Origin: Octopus sinensis
Taxonomy: Eukaryota
Length of the DNA: 64,000 nt
Reading direction: 5' to 3'
Assembly (NCBI RefSeq): GCF_006345805.1
Contig: NC_043005.1
Coordinates: 27,280,001 to 27,344,000 of the forward strand
Part shown: positions 14,147 through 28,140 of the stretch, one piece after another
How the letters are laid out: each line of letters opens with the position of its first letter
Numbering within the stretch: position 1 is the first letter of the stretch
The notes under the pieces: generated by a model
Database searches by the model: none
What the model was told of the DNA's origin: nothing
What the model saw: the letters and a program-made list of their open reading frames with translations, nothing else
Made by a program: the position numbers and the translations under genes

Positions 14147-14700
14147 TGTATGTATGTATGTATGTATGTATGTATGTATGTATGTATGTATGTATGTATG
14201 TGTGTGTGTATGTATGTATGTATGTATGTATGTATGTATGTATGTATGTATGTATGTATGTATGTATGTATGTATGTATGTATGTGTGTGTGTATATATG
14301 TATGTATGTATGTATTTATATATCTATGTATCTATGTACGTATGTATGTATGTATGTATGTACGTATGTATGTATGTATGTATGTATGATGTATGTATGT
14401 ATGTATGTATGTAGGTATGTATGTATGTATGCATGTATGTATGTATATATATAAATATGTATGTATGTATTTATGCATGTATATATGTATGCATGGATGT
14501 GTGTGCATCTATGTATGTATGCATGTATGTATCCATGTATGTATATATGTATGTATGTATGCATATATGCATGCATGTATGCATGTATGTATGTATGTAT
14601 GTATTATGCATGTATGTATCTATGTGTGCATGCATGTATACATGTATGTATGTATGTATGTATGTATGTATGTTTACACATATACATAAACATGTTTGTA
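14115..14700. repeat. (TATG)n microsatellite block
   Basis: Directly visible. Confidence 0.95.
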
Positions 14701-15499
14701 TGAGTGTGTGGGTATATTATATATATATATATAGATATATATTATATATTATGTATATATATATATATATATATTATGTATGTGTGTATGTAAGAAATAA
14801 TTGAGATTCAGATGAATTAAGTACTTAGGCTGAAACACCAAATCAGTGCGGTTTTATTCGTACAACTAACTCTATATATATATTAATATTTATATATATA
14901 TTATATATATATAATATATATATATTATATGGAGAGAGAGTAGAGAGAGAGAAAGGAGAGAGAAACATATGACTGCAATATGCTTGTGAGTTTGTGTCCT
15001 TCGTTAAAAATATTTATTGTAAATTTTATATATGCACGCTCACGGGCGCATGCTCAGACACACATGCATATTCATATCCGCATATACATTAAGATTCAAG
15101 ATAATAATTACTGTAGAATCATTTGTCGTTTTTTTTCAATTGTACTGAGAAACCTTTCAAAATATATTGCGTATATAATGTTGTTTAAGGAGTGAGTAAG
15201 CGGGAGAGGTTGTAGAAAGGGAGAGAAGAATGAAACGAAAAGTCGAAAAGTGAAGAAAGTGGAAGGAAGAAAAGTTGTCTAGATTTTGTGCGAAATGCTA
15301 TTTCGGTGAAATCCTTTTCTTGCAGACATGGTGTGCATATTTATGACACTGCAGAGATTTTGACTTTAAAAACACGTATTTCACTCTCAAGGACCATGAA
15401 GCATTTTACAAACTACCCCTTCGATTGTCTTTTCATTCTTACCAAAGGAGATATTAGGATTTGTATGATTTCAGAACTTCACTATGCTGCGCTTACTTC

Positions 15500-15800
15500 T
15501 TAAGAGATATCACTATTCGAATGATCAATTGGTTTAAACCCCACTCTACCCAAAAAAAGAAAATAGGTTTATTGAATTTGACAACTTTAATTTTCGAACC
15601 TCTCTTGATTGATGCACTCATTATTTCAAAGAAGCCTATTACTGAGTCTGAGACTAACTTAATTCAATGCGCAAGAAAATTCATAATATTCTAAGTTAAT
15701 AGCGACTGGATATAAAAAAAGACAAAGCAAATCTAACCGTTATACTATTTTATGTGATTATAGGGTGCAAAGTTTCGAATGAATCTGGTGCTATTGATGT
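15500..15800 (+). mobile_element. Penelope-like element RT remnant
   Basis: MINWFK...LIDAL...NLIQCARKFIIF..DWI resembles the VIxWFK...HARKSLLF...WxKK stretch of PLE RTs (recalled pattern). Confidence 0.5.
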
Positions 15801-15837
15801 ATTATGTTTTAAACCGTCTGCAGTCTGAGATTACTCA

Positions 15838-16065
15838 TACTCTTTTACTCTTTACTCTTTTACTTGTTTCAGTCATATGACTGCGACCATGCTGGAGCAC
15901 CGCCTTTAATCGAGCAACTCGACCCCGGGACTTATTCTTTTGTAAGCCCAGTACTTATTCTATCGGTCTCTTTTGCGAACCGCTAGGTAACGGGGACTAT
16001 ACACACCAGCAATCGGTTGTCAAGCAATGCTAGGGGGGGACAACACAGACACACAAACACACACA

Positions 16066-16118
<53 letters not shown>

Positions 16119-16288
16119 CTATATACGACGGGCTTCTTTCAGTTTCCGTCTACCAAAACCACTCACAAGGCTTTGGTCGGCCCGGCTATAGTAGAAGACA
16201 CTTGTCCAAGGTGCCACGCAGTGGGACTGAACCCGGAACCGTGTGGTTGGTAAACAAGCTACTTACCACACAGCCACTCCTGCGCCTA
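15838..16288 (-). mobile_element. SINE family A, full length
   Basis: Head, internal (TA)n and tail all present. Confidence 0.9.
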
Positions 16289-16294
16289 TTCTTT

Positions 16295-17299
16295 TCCTTT
16301 TAGAAACATTAAGAAAGAGCTAACTTCTCAAATACATATGGTCGCTAAGTGGTAGTCAGTGGGATCAAGATCGGCTGAGCATGGTGGATGATGGAGAACT
16401 TCCAACTTCAACTCTTGTAGTTTTGCCAATGTCATTTTTGCGATGTGTGGTCTGGAATATGTCTTAAAATAAAATAGGAGTGGATCTATTGACTAATCTA
16501 GGTTTTTTTGTAAGTTTCTGCATAAGATGGTCCAGTTGGCTGCAGTATACTTCGGCCGTGACTGATGAGCCAGGTTTAATGAAATCATAATGGCTCGCAC
16601 CTGTGCCAGACCACCAAATACACACCATCAGCTTCTTTTGATGAATTTTGCTTTTTGAGCTGTGTTTTGGTGGCTCGTCTTTGTCCAACCATTGTGTTGA
16701 ACGTTTACGGTTTTGTTGTATTGAATGTATTTCTCATCACATGTTACAATTCAATTAAAAAATGATTCACTTTTGTGACGAGAAAGTAGCATAATGAAGG
16801 CTTCCAAACGTTGCTGTTTCTGATTTTCATTGTGTGCATGTGGAACCCACTTATCCAACTTTTTCACTTTACTGATTTGAACTAGGCGAGTCAATATTGT
16901 TTGCTTGCTAACACCAAACAACTCGACCGCGGCTTTCAGTTCGTCATCATCCACCTTTGTTTCTGGTTGACCGCGTTGCTCATTTGTAAAATCAAAGTTA
17001 CCAGAACGAAATTTTACAAACCAATTTGATACTGTCTGCTGAGTAAAAACATTAGAAAGAAATACTCCATTAATATCCCGAGCTGTCTGTGATGCTGTAT
17101 TTGCAAGAAAGAACTGATATTTCAAAACTGTACGAATTTCCGACTTATCCACCTCTAAACAAAAATATCAAAAAACGATTTATAAAATGAGTTAATATAA
17201 AAAAAATAGATGTGTCAGCTTTCTAACAAAATGTAGGGTCAAAATATAATAATGACGCAAAATGAGCAGCTGCCAAACTTTATACTTGATTTCCTAATA
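16295..17299 (-). mobile_element. Mariner (DD34D-type) transposon, transposase pseudogene
   Basis: MDKSEIR..., WFVKFRSGNF, WVPH, IVTCDEK, KKLMVCIWWS and HPPCSADLDPTDYH; TATTAGG-type terminus at ~17299; internal deletion and stops. Confidence 0.9.
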
Positions 17300-17315
17300 T
17301 ATATGTATATATACG

Positions 17316-17347
<32 letters not shown>

Positions 17348-17586
17348 TGTATGTATGTATGTATGTATGTATGTATGTATGATGTATGTATGTACGTACG
17401 TACGTACGTTACTACGTATGTATGTATGTATGTATGTATGTATGTATGTATGTAGTATGTATGATGTATGTATGCATTTATGCATGCATGCATGCATGCA
17501 TGCATGTATGTATATATATATATGTATATATAGTGAAAATTTACAAAAAAGAAAAACAAAAGACGAGACGGGTGTGTATTAATTTA

Positions 17587-17686
17587 NNNNNNNNNNNNNN
17601 NNNNNNNNNNNNNNNNNNNNNNNNNNNNNNNNNNNNNNNNNNNNNNNNNNNNNNNNNNNNNNNNNNNNNNNNNNNNNNNNNNNNNN
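17587..17686. other. Assembly gap (100 N)
   Basis: Directly visible. Confidence 1.
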
Positions 17687-17844
17687 GTGCATGTGTTTAT
17701 GTGCGTCCGTTTGTATGTGTGTGTGTGTAAGATGTGTGTGTGGGTGGGCGTAAGTGTGCGTGCGTGCATGCGCTTAAATGTATGTGTAAGATGAGTGTTT
17801 GTGTTTGAGCGTGGTTGTATGTGTGTGTGCGTGTATGTGAGTGC

Positions 17845-17880
<36 letters not shown>

Positions 17881-18089
17881 GTGTGTGTGTGTACGCGTGT
17901 GAAACAGAACTCAATACATAAAAGCTACATTGTTTAAGCTAAGAAGCTACATCAGTGACTCAAGGGCCTAGACTTTCGTTCCGGAACACGTATCAGTTTC
18001 ATAAGTGCTCTTGCACGAAATTCTAAGTACTTGAGTTTTTAGAAATAGCTTCTCGTCTACAAATACCACTAATATGGCACACACACACA

Positions 18090-18103
18090 CGCATGTATGT
18101 ATG

Positions 18104-18137
<34 letters not shown>

Positions 18138-18527
18138 TGTATGTATGTATGTATGTATGTATGATGTATGTATGTGTGTATGTATGTATGTATGTATGTA
18201 TATATGAGTGTGTATGTATGTATGTATGTATGTATGTATGTATGTATGTATGTGTGTATGTATGTATGTATGTATGTATGTGTGTATGTATGTATGTATG
18301 TATGTATATATGAGTGTGTATGTATGTATGTATGTATGTATGTATGTATGTATGTATGTATATATGAGTGTGTATGTATGTATGTATGTATGTATATATG
18401 AGTGTGTATGTATGTATGTATGTATGTATGTATGTATGTATGTATGTATGTATGTATGTATGTATATATGAGTGTGTATGTATGTATGTATGTATGTATG
18501 TACGTATGTATGTGTGTGTGTGTGTGT

Positions 18528-18570
<43 letters not shown>
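18090..18570. repeat. (TATG)n array punctuated by TATATGAGTGTG units
   Basis: Directly visible. Confidence 0.9.
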
Positions 18571-18572
<2 letters not shown>

Positions 18573-18785
18573 TCTTTCGTGATGAAAACAGTGAGATTGC
18601 TTTCCTAGCACAACTTAACTATGGCGGTGCAATTTCATGTGATGTAGGAACTCTTTAGTGAAAAAGAGAAAAAAGAAAAAGAAGTTCCGAAAAATAGCGT
18701 AGGTAAATACTAACACACATGTAACAACAACAACAACTGCAGCAGCAACAGCAACATCAACAGCATTCGTACAGCATCACTGTAG

Positions 18786-18988
<203 letters not shown>

Positions 18989-19053
18989 AATAATGCCTGT
19001 TTAATCGTGACTGTGAGTTTCTTTGAAGTTTGCAAGAGCGAGAAAAACTGAGA

Positions 19054-19103
<50 letters not shown>

Positions 19104-19514
19104 GAGAGAGTGAGAGGGAAACAGAGAAATATTGAAAATAACATTTGTCTTACAGTTATATAATTTTCAGTTAATACTCTTTATTTGGCGTGTATCTTCC
19201 ATTACAAAATGTCAAAGGTGAGAGGTCGGGCTTTTTTGTTTCATCACTTTACTCATTTCTTATATGAGTGTATGTGTGTTCGAGCGCGTCTCTATGCGCG
19301 TGTGTGTATAATATAATATAATTATTTATACATACATGCATATATAATATACATATAAAGGTATATAATATATATTATATATATATATAAATTATATATT
19401 TTATATAATATAAAAATATATATATATGCATGTATGTATATATATGTATATAAATATATATATTGCATGTATGCATGTATATATATATATATATATTATA
19501 TATATATATATATA

Positions 19515-19566
<52 letters not shown>

Positions 19567-20184
19567 TATACATACATTCATGCTGGTAAATGGTTCTGTA
19601 TATTTCGTTTGATTTTTATTGAGTCTGTTGTTGTTTCAAATCTTCTCTCTTTTGCTTCTTTTATGTCTATTAAGTGTAAATTGATTTCTATGAGGAAGAG
19701 AGATGCTGTGGGTGTTGTGCGTTGCTGGTATGTCAACCTCCTGGCCTGAAGCCACGAACTTCAATTGCTATGATCAAAAGTTGTCGCAATATCTTCGACA
19801 AATACACTTCACTCTCAATACAATAATACTGTACCTTTCTCTGTGTAAATAGACAGTAGGGGTCATCAGGTTCAGTCTGCTTCCACAATGATAATAATAT
19901 AAAAATTGACATGCGGTTCGTTATTTCATATCCTCCTGTGGCAGACTATTGAACTGAAGCGAACAGCTTTTAAACCAGATGATGTTGCGTTTTCTCTGTT
20001 AGTTTTGTTGCCCCTTGCGCTAGCATTAAAAAAAATGAGGTCTTTTCTTTATAAAATAATGTCGTAATAGCTATCAGCTTTATCGAAAGTTTAACATGTA
20101 TTAGATATTTTTCTTCTTAAGTTGTTAAATATCATCTCATTCTAGCACCGACTTGAATTTTCTTTGCACAATTACAAAATATTT

Positions 20185-20530
20185 CCAGTCAAGTATAAGT
20201 ACTGTAAGCTGCTTAACAAAATAAACATAAAGATCAGTTACAGTTGTCAAAAAAATGTCAGAAACGTACTAATGACTAAACTTTAAAGGAACAAAGAGAA
20301 CAACCTAAAGAAAGCTTAATGCAATTTCAAGGTAAAAGAGAACTGTCTTCATAATGAAAAATTAGTTAAAGAAAGCTATTATCTATCTAACATCTCAGGA
20401 GCCAACAGTAAAATATATTAGCATGTGCGAAGGCAAATTTAAAAACCGTTTCGTTAAACACAGATGTACCTTCGCAAATGCGAAAACCAAAAAGTACCAC
20501 AATCTTATCCTGGTATATATAGATGGCATT
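20185..20530 (+). mobile_element. Penelope-like element remnant (RT C-terminus plus GIY-YIG endonuclease)
   Basis: KLLNKINIKISYSC, then ENCL...KYISMCEGKFKNRFVKHRCTF, fitting the YIG..E..FK.R...H..SF pattern. Confidence 0.55.
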
Positions 20531-21149
20531 TGCAAAATGCCATACAAACATTATCACACACATACACAGACGTGCACGTACTCACGCACGCACTCGCACG
20601 CACACACACACAAACTCCCACACACGCACAAAACCACTAGATCGCTTCCCAGGCACACATACAAAATGCGTAGAGATTTTCTTTTAGCTAAACGATTGAA
20701 AATAGACACCAGAAGGCAGTAAAACTTTTCAATGGGTTCTGTTCTGCAAAGATGCTTAGACAATCACAAATCTCGGTCTATGAAATTTATTTCTCCCAAC
20801 AGTGTTGTCACGCATGCTCATCCCCGACCAAAATGAATTCGAAACTAACGCAAATACCATCTTAATCCTTTGCTTCATTATAAACAAAACTTGACTCTGT
20901 TCGACTTCATTTTATTCTATTACAAAATATGTCTGCATTATCAATGCTACTTTTATTCAAATTTTAAATTCACAGTGCTTCATACAATTCTTCAAAATAA
21001 TTTACATACATTTTGCCATAATACTTAAAAAAGTATTTCGACTTTTTCAGGTAGCCATTAACATCATGACGGGTATGAAATGACATCTTAAAAGTGGAGA
21101 CCAAATAATCAAAGAATTAAAAGAGCCGTCACCGTATCCTACTTATATA

Positions 21150-21430
21150 CACTGTTGATCGGCCAGCTACTGAGGTTTCCGTCCTAAGATAATCTCTCTC
21201 AGAGACAATAAAAACACAATATCAAGGGGAGGCGAAAATCGCCCCAGCGGCAGCTAACGAGACGTCGTTGATGTATACTCGCAACCAGTCACATGCCTGG
21301 ACGAGAATTCGTCTATCATTCTCGGCAATTTTTCGTCTCCCTCCGATACTTATTGTTTTTAATACTGAACGTGCTTTTAAGAGATGTTATCTCAGAACGA
21401 ATACCGGCTGTGACTGGCCTATCAACAGTG
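21150..21430. mobile_element. MITE with 17-bp TIRs and TA target duplication
   Basis: TA|CACTGTTGATCGGCCAG ... CTGGCCTATCAACAGTG|TA (1 mismatch). Confidence 0.7.
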
Positions 21431-21739
21431 TATAATACTCTAGGTGTGATACACAGATGTTTATTTTAACTTAATACTGCCTCAGTTGCGTATATCGGAG
21501 CCAAAGAATTTCATTTACCAAACCATCACTACTGAAAATTAAACCCAAAATTATCGCGTGGAAGGGAATAATTCATATCGAAAGGTTTCGACCGGAGGAG
21601 ATGCTTGTATGAGGCTCGGAATTCTGCTGATATGGCTGGTTGCATGTAGGCAACCCCGCCCAAAAGAAAAGCGAAACTAATTTCAAATTTGTCTTAACTT
21701 TCAGTTTCTTGGGTAGGAATTTCGAAGCCCGAAATATCT

Positions 21740-21957
21740 ATTTCTTTACTACCCACAAGGGGCTACACACAGAGGGGACAAATAAGGACAGACAAACATA
21801 TTACGTTGATCCCAGTGCGTAACTAGTACTTAATTTATCGGCCCCGAAAGGATGAAAGGCAAAGTCGACCTCGGCGGAATTTGAACTCAGAACGTAACGG
21901 CAGGCGAAATACAGCTACGCATTTCGCCCAGCGTGCTAACGTTTCCGCCAGCTCGCC
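21740..21957 (-). mobile_element. SINE family B
   Basis: Reverse complement of the 3561-3752 element. Confidence 0.8.
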
Positions 21958-22775
21958 ATTTTATAAAAAACATTTTTTGCATTCTCGCTGATTTCATTTC
22001 TGCCAACACTGACTACAAGTATGTAATTGCAGCCATTAACACGGGCTTTTTTTATTGAGCCTGGTTGCAGTTCATTTACTTTCGTTCAGAGTTTGGTGGT
22101 CGTCTTAGAGGTGCCCTGTGTCAAAAAATATCATTCATAGCAGACGTTCTCTCGACATCGTTCACATGCGCCTGACTCGGGCTCGGGAGTTACAGCCCGA
22201 CTTGTATTCTATAATCGTAACAATTAAAAGTAATTCAAAATTCAATGTTTTCTTGAAACAATAAATTTCTATAGAGATTAGGATTTAAATTCCGATCTAT
22301 GAAAAGTTACCGTTCTACAATATTCTTACAGGAACGAAAAATTATCCAGCAACTCGGGCTAATATGAATGAGCTTGGTGGATGTAAAAAAAGTAGGTGAC
22401 AGTCAGATCGCTGCTGTTTGTTGTGCGCTCCGCTGTCGTTATTTGATTGCCGTTATTCTGTGCGTCTGTGTGGAGAGAAGAGTTGTGCTTTGCAAACTTG
22501 CTTTATTCTTACCCTTACCTAAGAAATGAAGAAAAAAACATAGTGCTAGATAAAAAAAAAAAAAAGCCGTTTGGGGTTAGAAATATTGCGGAAAAATGTG
22601 AAATTCTTCGAGCAGGCATATCTTATGCGAAATCTGTGATTAGCCCGAGTGATGCTGATGGTCTGCTTCCCCTCTGATATATATATATATATAAATATAT
22701 ATATATATGTGTATATATATATATATATATATACATACATACATACATACATACATACATACATACATACATACA

Positions 22776-22807
<32 letters not shown>

Positions 22808-24179
22808 CAACACAATTATTGTAGTGTCCGCATAGGGAACACCAATAGGTTTCACGGATCATCAGAAGAGAATGCGCACCATTTCGGCGCCCTCTTCTCG
22901 GCAGTTTTACAGTGCATCTGCCCGTTGATGTTAAGTCATTCACTTCAGGACCATGAATTCTATTGAAAATGAGGAGTCATAGAGATCTGATTTGCCATAT
23001 TGGCTATCAGCTATCAGCCGCATACTTATGCATCACTTCACTATCCAGGTTTTACACACACACACGTGCATACATTTATATATACATACCTATATGTATA
23101 TATTCTATACGCAGAGAGAGTGAAAGAATAATAGATAGATGCATAGTCATGCATGATTGTACGCATATGTGAGTACGTGTATACGTCATATATATGCATA
23201 TATATATATCTATATTTATCTATCCATCTATATATATATATATTTATTTATATATATAGATACATGTATGTGGGGGGACAGGTGTGGGTGTGTGGTGAGA
23301 AGCTTGTTTGCCAACCACAGGGTTCCGGGTTCTGCGTGGCAGCTGGAGGCAACTGCAAGAGTTGCAGGGAATATGAGACCGAGAATAGACAAACAATACA
23401 TGGATAACAAACGATACAGAAGTGGACATACGAAAGAGAATGAATGTAATTCAAGACGAGGTCGCTAGTGGACGGACGGGGTACTAAAACGGAATGAATA
23501 AAAAAAAACAGAATGCAGCCTTAAGGCCAGATGCAAACGAAGCATGGGTAACGCTTAGAGGGAAATCCTAAAGAATTTGGAACAGAAGGGCAACAGATAT
23601 CGAAACAGGCTGAAATGGAGACTAGAGTTGCAGGGACTCGCAGGTGCCTCCAGCTGGAAAGTAATATTATCGTTAAAGGCATGAGATTGCGTCAAACCTT
23701 CTGATCGATAACTGATGAGAAATTGGGGACCTTCTGTATCTGTTTTCCGTTCGTCTGTGCATTTGATATATGTTTATACCTTACGATTCTGTGTCTGTTT
23801 TTCGTTTGTGCATTTACTATACATTTTTTTCATTTATTAAACAACAGAAAGCAACACCCTTTAGTTTCATTCACAGTAAGCTTTATATATATATATTAAA
23901 GAGTGAGAGGGGAGACAAACAAACCGACAAATAGAGACATAAAGATTAGATACATACGAATGTAATTATACACTCACACACGCGCGAGCACACACAAGCA
24001 CGCATTTCTATCTTCTTATCTCTTGGCGACATCTAATTTATTACATGTCACTCTTGACTGATCCTATCATTTTCTTTTTTCCACCAGAATATATTTATAA
24101 GTAGGTATATGTATCCATATATACATATACATGTACATGTGTGTGTATGTGTGTGTGTTCTTTTATTATTTAATATACA

Positions 24180-24386
24180 TTTTTACTTGTTTCAGTTATT
24201 TGGCTGTGGCCATGCTGCAGCACCGCCTTTAGTCGAACAAATCGAGCCCAGATCTTATTCTTTGTAAGCCCATTACTTATACCATCGATCTCTTTTGTCA
24301 AACTATGTTACGGGTACGTAAACACATGAACATCGACTGTCAAGCGGTTTTGGGGGAACAAACACAGACACACAAGCATATATATA

Positions 24387-24400
<14 letters not shown>
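24180..24400 (-). mobile_element. SINE family A tail-half fragment
   Basis: Homologous to the family A 3' half. Confidence 0.7.
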
Positions 24401-24436
<36 letters not shown>

Positions 24437-24674
24437 AGAGTGAAAGAGGGAGAACAAACTTCTTCATCCACATTAGTTTGTACGTTAAACGTGAAACTAG
24501 TTTTGTATTGATCACAGTAACTAATAAAATAGACTTTATCTAATTCGCCTACCTTACATCGTACCAAGGAGAAAAGTCCGTTTGTTTTTATTTAATTTTT
24601 TTAAAAAACAACGGTTATTCAACACGTATAGAGTTGACTTTAACTGCTCTTTCTCCCTCTCTTTGTCTATATAT

Positions 24675-24984
24675 ATCACCGTGATCACCGTGACCGACCA
24701 GGCTATCAGATGTTGCTACACATCGCATTGTTTTAGCCTTCAAATGACGCCACCTCGCTGGCTAAGCGAGCAGGCCAACAGAAGAAAGAGTGAGAGAAAG
24801 TTGTGGAGAAAGAGTATAGCAGGGATCGCCACCATCCACTGCCGGAGCCTCGTGGAGCTTTAGGTGGAGCTCAATAAACACTCACAACGCCCGGTCTGGA
24901 AATCGAAACCGCGATCCTACGACCGGGCCATTGCACCTCCACACTTTCGGGTAAGATTTTCTTACTGGGCCATTGCGCCTCCAC
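24675..24984 (-). mobile_element. SINE family C, tail type 1
   Basis: Head GTGGAGGCGCAATGGCCCAGT (duplicated); B box GGTTTCGATTTCC; core shared with the 26.5 and 31.7 kb copies. Confidence 0.75.
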
Positions 24985-26449
24985 ACTTGTTCCCGGCACC
25001 CTTAGTCACTTTTAGTAACGGTATACATATGTGTATGTATGTATGTATGTATGTATGTATGTATGTATGTATGTATGTATGTATGTATGTATGTATGTAT
25101 GTATGTATGTATGCAGGTATTTACGCAGACACACGCACACATATAAATATACATACATGCATGCATACATACATACGTATACCTGCATATATATCCAATA
25201 TCCTATGTAATTTTGTTTTTAAGCTTTCAGGAGTCACCGGGAATCTTCGTAAATGGATCACCACTTCACGCTATTACTATAAATGAATAACTAAATTAAA
25301 CTTCAAAGTGAGACAGAATATGTAAGGCAATGTAATAAATGAAAACAAAGATAAAATATATTGTATTACCTTATATAAGTTTTTCAAAGATTCTATTACA
25401 TTTCGGGTAAGATTTTCCTTTTCAAATATAAGGCAGTAAATAATCAAAGTCTTTGGAGAAATGTATTTAACGGGCAAGCCATTTTAATGTTTTGAATTCT
25501 GATGAAATGAAAATATGATTATCAATCTCTTTATGGTATTTTGGTATTTATTAACATTTTTTTGTTTCTTCTGCTCAAATTAGAAATTTAATAAAATGGT
25601 AATTACAAAGCTATGCTTACACACCGAATAATATATTGATCATAATTGTTTGCAGATATTGTTTCTTTTCACATGTTCCAAACATGTGCAGCATACATGT
25701 TTCGTGTGTTTTTTCTACATGTCTTACACATCATATCCATCGTGTTTGAAACATAATCAACCAGCAAACTAATGTTCCGTTGACCTTTCTATCTTCCCGC
25801 CATTAACGCACACTTTTTCATCTTTGAACTTATCGTAGTCGTCGAGAAAATATTTCAACTACTGATGTCGGGAAAGTCTTAACACTAAAACATGCATGTA
25901 ATTTTTACGAAAGGCTATCCATCATATTTACACTTCGCTGTTTGCAGTAATCAAGTGATTACATATTTCTAAACGAGTTTTCAGCAACAATCTTGGCTCG
26001 GTTTCTAACTCAACTTCAGGTATTCATTCCTCAGCGGTGTCATTTTCCATCGGTTCCATAATTTGTGATCCAATAAAAATGACGGCTTTTAATTTTGCTA
26101 TCAATTGGAGGTGAAAGGTAATAGAACGCGCTTCCATCTTCATTAAGAGAATCTACGAATGTTTTATGCATCATATCTGTGTATGTGTGTGTGTATGCGT
26201 GCGTGTGTCTGTTTACACACACATACATATATCGAAAGAGAAATAGACAGACAGTCAGACAGATAGATTCGTAATTTCCTATAACGAATATATATACATG
26301 TCATATATTGTGTGTGTGAGTGTGTGTATGTATATGTGTGTGAAAGGAGGATATCTCGTAGGGCCTATAAAAGTGATGATATATAATTTTTGTTCTAAAA
26401 ATGCAAACGGAATCGCATGTTATATATCGATATTCAGTCATTAGAATTC

Positions 26450-26836
26450 CACTCGTGGCACTCCGTCGGTTACGACGACGACGGTTCCAGTTGATCCGAT
26501 CAACGGAACATGCTCCTCGTGAAATTAACGTGCAAGTGGCTGAGCACTCCACAGACGCGTGTACCCTTAACGTAGTTCTCGGGGGGAAGATTCAGCGTGA
26601 CACAGAGTGTCACAAGGCTGGCCCCTTTGAAATACAAGTACAACAGAAAGAGGAAGAAAGAGTGAAAGTTGTAGTGAAAGAGTACAACAGGGTTTGCCAC
26701 CACCCCTCGCCGGAACCTCGTGAAGCTTTAGGTGTTTTCACTCAATACACTCTCACAACGCCCGGTTTGGGAATCGAAACCGCAATCCTATGACCACGAG
26801 TCCGCTGCCCAAACCACTGGGCCATTGCACCTCCAC
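26450..26836 (-). mobile_element. SINE family C, tail type 2
   Basis: Same head and core; unrelated 3' half ending ...GTCGTCGTAACCGACGGAGTGCCAC. Confidence 0.8.
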
Positions 26837-27160
26837 AGATCTCCACTATTCCAATGCTTTTAGAGCGGTGCCTTAGTCTGAACTCCTGATCTTAAAATAA
26901 CTTTACGTACTTCTGCAAGAATTGCCATAACATTTTTTGAGATCCTGGCAGAAGGACGTAAACCAGTTTCCCTATACCGCCGGCAAAAGAGCATCTTATT
27001 GCCTTTGAACCACGCAAACTAATCAATTGTGTAATTGATAATTTATAGTAATTTTCAAAACATTCCAAGCAATCACATGTTTCAAAAACGGTAAGAAAGA
27101 TGTTGTTAATGCTATGGTAATCACAACCATCACCTCTACTATTAGTACAACCACCGCAGT

Positions 27161-27208
<48 letters not shown>

Positions 27209-27842
27209 GACTACTACTATATCTAATACCAGTGCCACCACCACCAGCATAACCTTACTACTTTTTATCACACAACCACGACAACACTACTACTACTACT
27301 GCTACTGCTACTGCTACTACAACTGCTGCTGCCACGACTTATGTCACTACTGCTGCCCTTGCTGCTACTGCTTTAAGACATTGTTTATGTTCATTGTTGT
27401 CCATTTATCTTTAGTATTTATCGATCACATAAATTTGATTGATTGTGTTTCAGTCGAAATCTCATTTCAAGCTTAAATCCACAACTCTGTGATGTTAACG
27501 GCTGCTATTTCCATTTGTTTCCTGTCACTTTTGAGTGTTCTCTTCAACATTTTACATTAGATCCATCTAATGTATTCCTAATGTACAAATAACAATTTGT
27601 TTTTAAAGTATCTTTTTGGCTTTTTATCTCAGCCAACATTTTCGTTCCTTGCTTGCTATTACGTAAATTTGTCTCGTGTTGTGTTAAGTTAGATTATGTG
27701 AAAGAGTAAACAGAACTTATGACGTGTGTGTGTGTATATATGTATGCATGTATGTTTGTATGTCTAATATTATGCATATATATATATACACACACATACA
27801 CATACATATATATATATATGTATTTATGTATGTGTATATATA

Positions 27843-27931
27843 GGATGACCGAGTGGTCTAAGACGCTGCATTCAATGCGTTCAGATTGAAATCGGATCTT
27901 CCTAGCGTGAGTTCGAATTTACATGCATCCA
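27843..27931 (+). pseudogene. tRNA-derived (Leu/Ser-like) pseudogene or isolated SINE head
   Basis: GGATGACCGAGTGGTCTAAGACGCTGCATTCAA...GCGTGAGTTCGAAT; no proper 7-bp acceptor stem seen. Confidence 0.45.
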
Positions 27932-28097
27932 CTAGTGTAGCTAGAAGCTTTCCTTTTCTGACTGGCCAGCATCTCCCACGCATCGATGAGCGTCATAAAC
28001 ACTTCGATGTATAAAACGCTAAAGTTAGCTATTCGAGTTTAGCAAATGTCACTAACAACATCGCACGCTACAACAAAAACGAACACGCATATACAGT

Positions 28098-28134
<37 letters not shown>

Positions 28135-28140
28135 AATAAT

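Noticed and set aside
14064-14804. Many ORFs such as [28 protein letters not shown] and poly-amino-acid ORFs across the window
   Set aside because: They are translations of di-, tri- and tetranucleotide microsatellites that lack stop codons.
17386-17769. ORFs containing X runs
   Set aside because: They span the assembly gap.
22140-22680. Recurrent CTCGGGCT motifs suggesting a MITE
   Set aside because: Matching termini and a TSD could not be defined.
22835-22872. Minus-strand CTGATGA...GAAAC string
   Set aside because: No stem II, G at the cleavage position and no stem I.
25640-26000. piggyBac-like cysteine-rich C-terminus on the minus strand (CKTCRKNTR)
   Set aside because: One short motif only; no catalytic region or TTAA-bounded ends identified.
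26401-26793. 130-aa ORF (also 34846..35283, 36253..36594, 9821..10138)
   Set aside because: They lie within SINE copies, and the frames are not conserved between copies.
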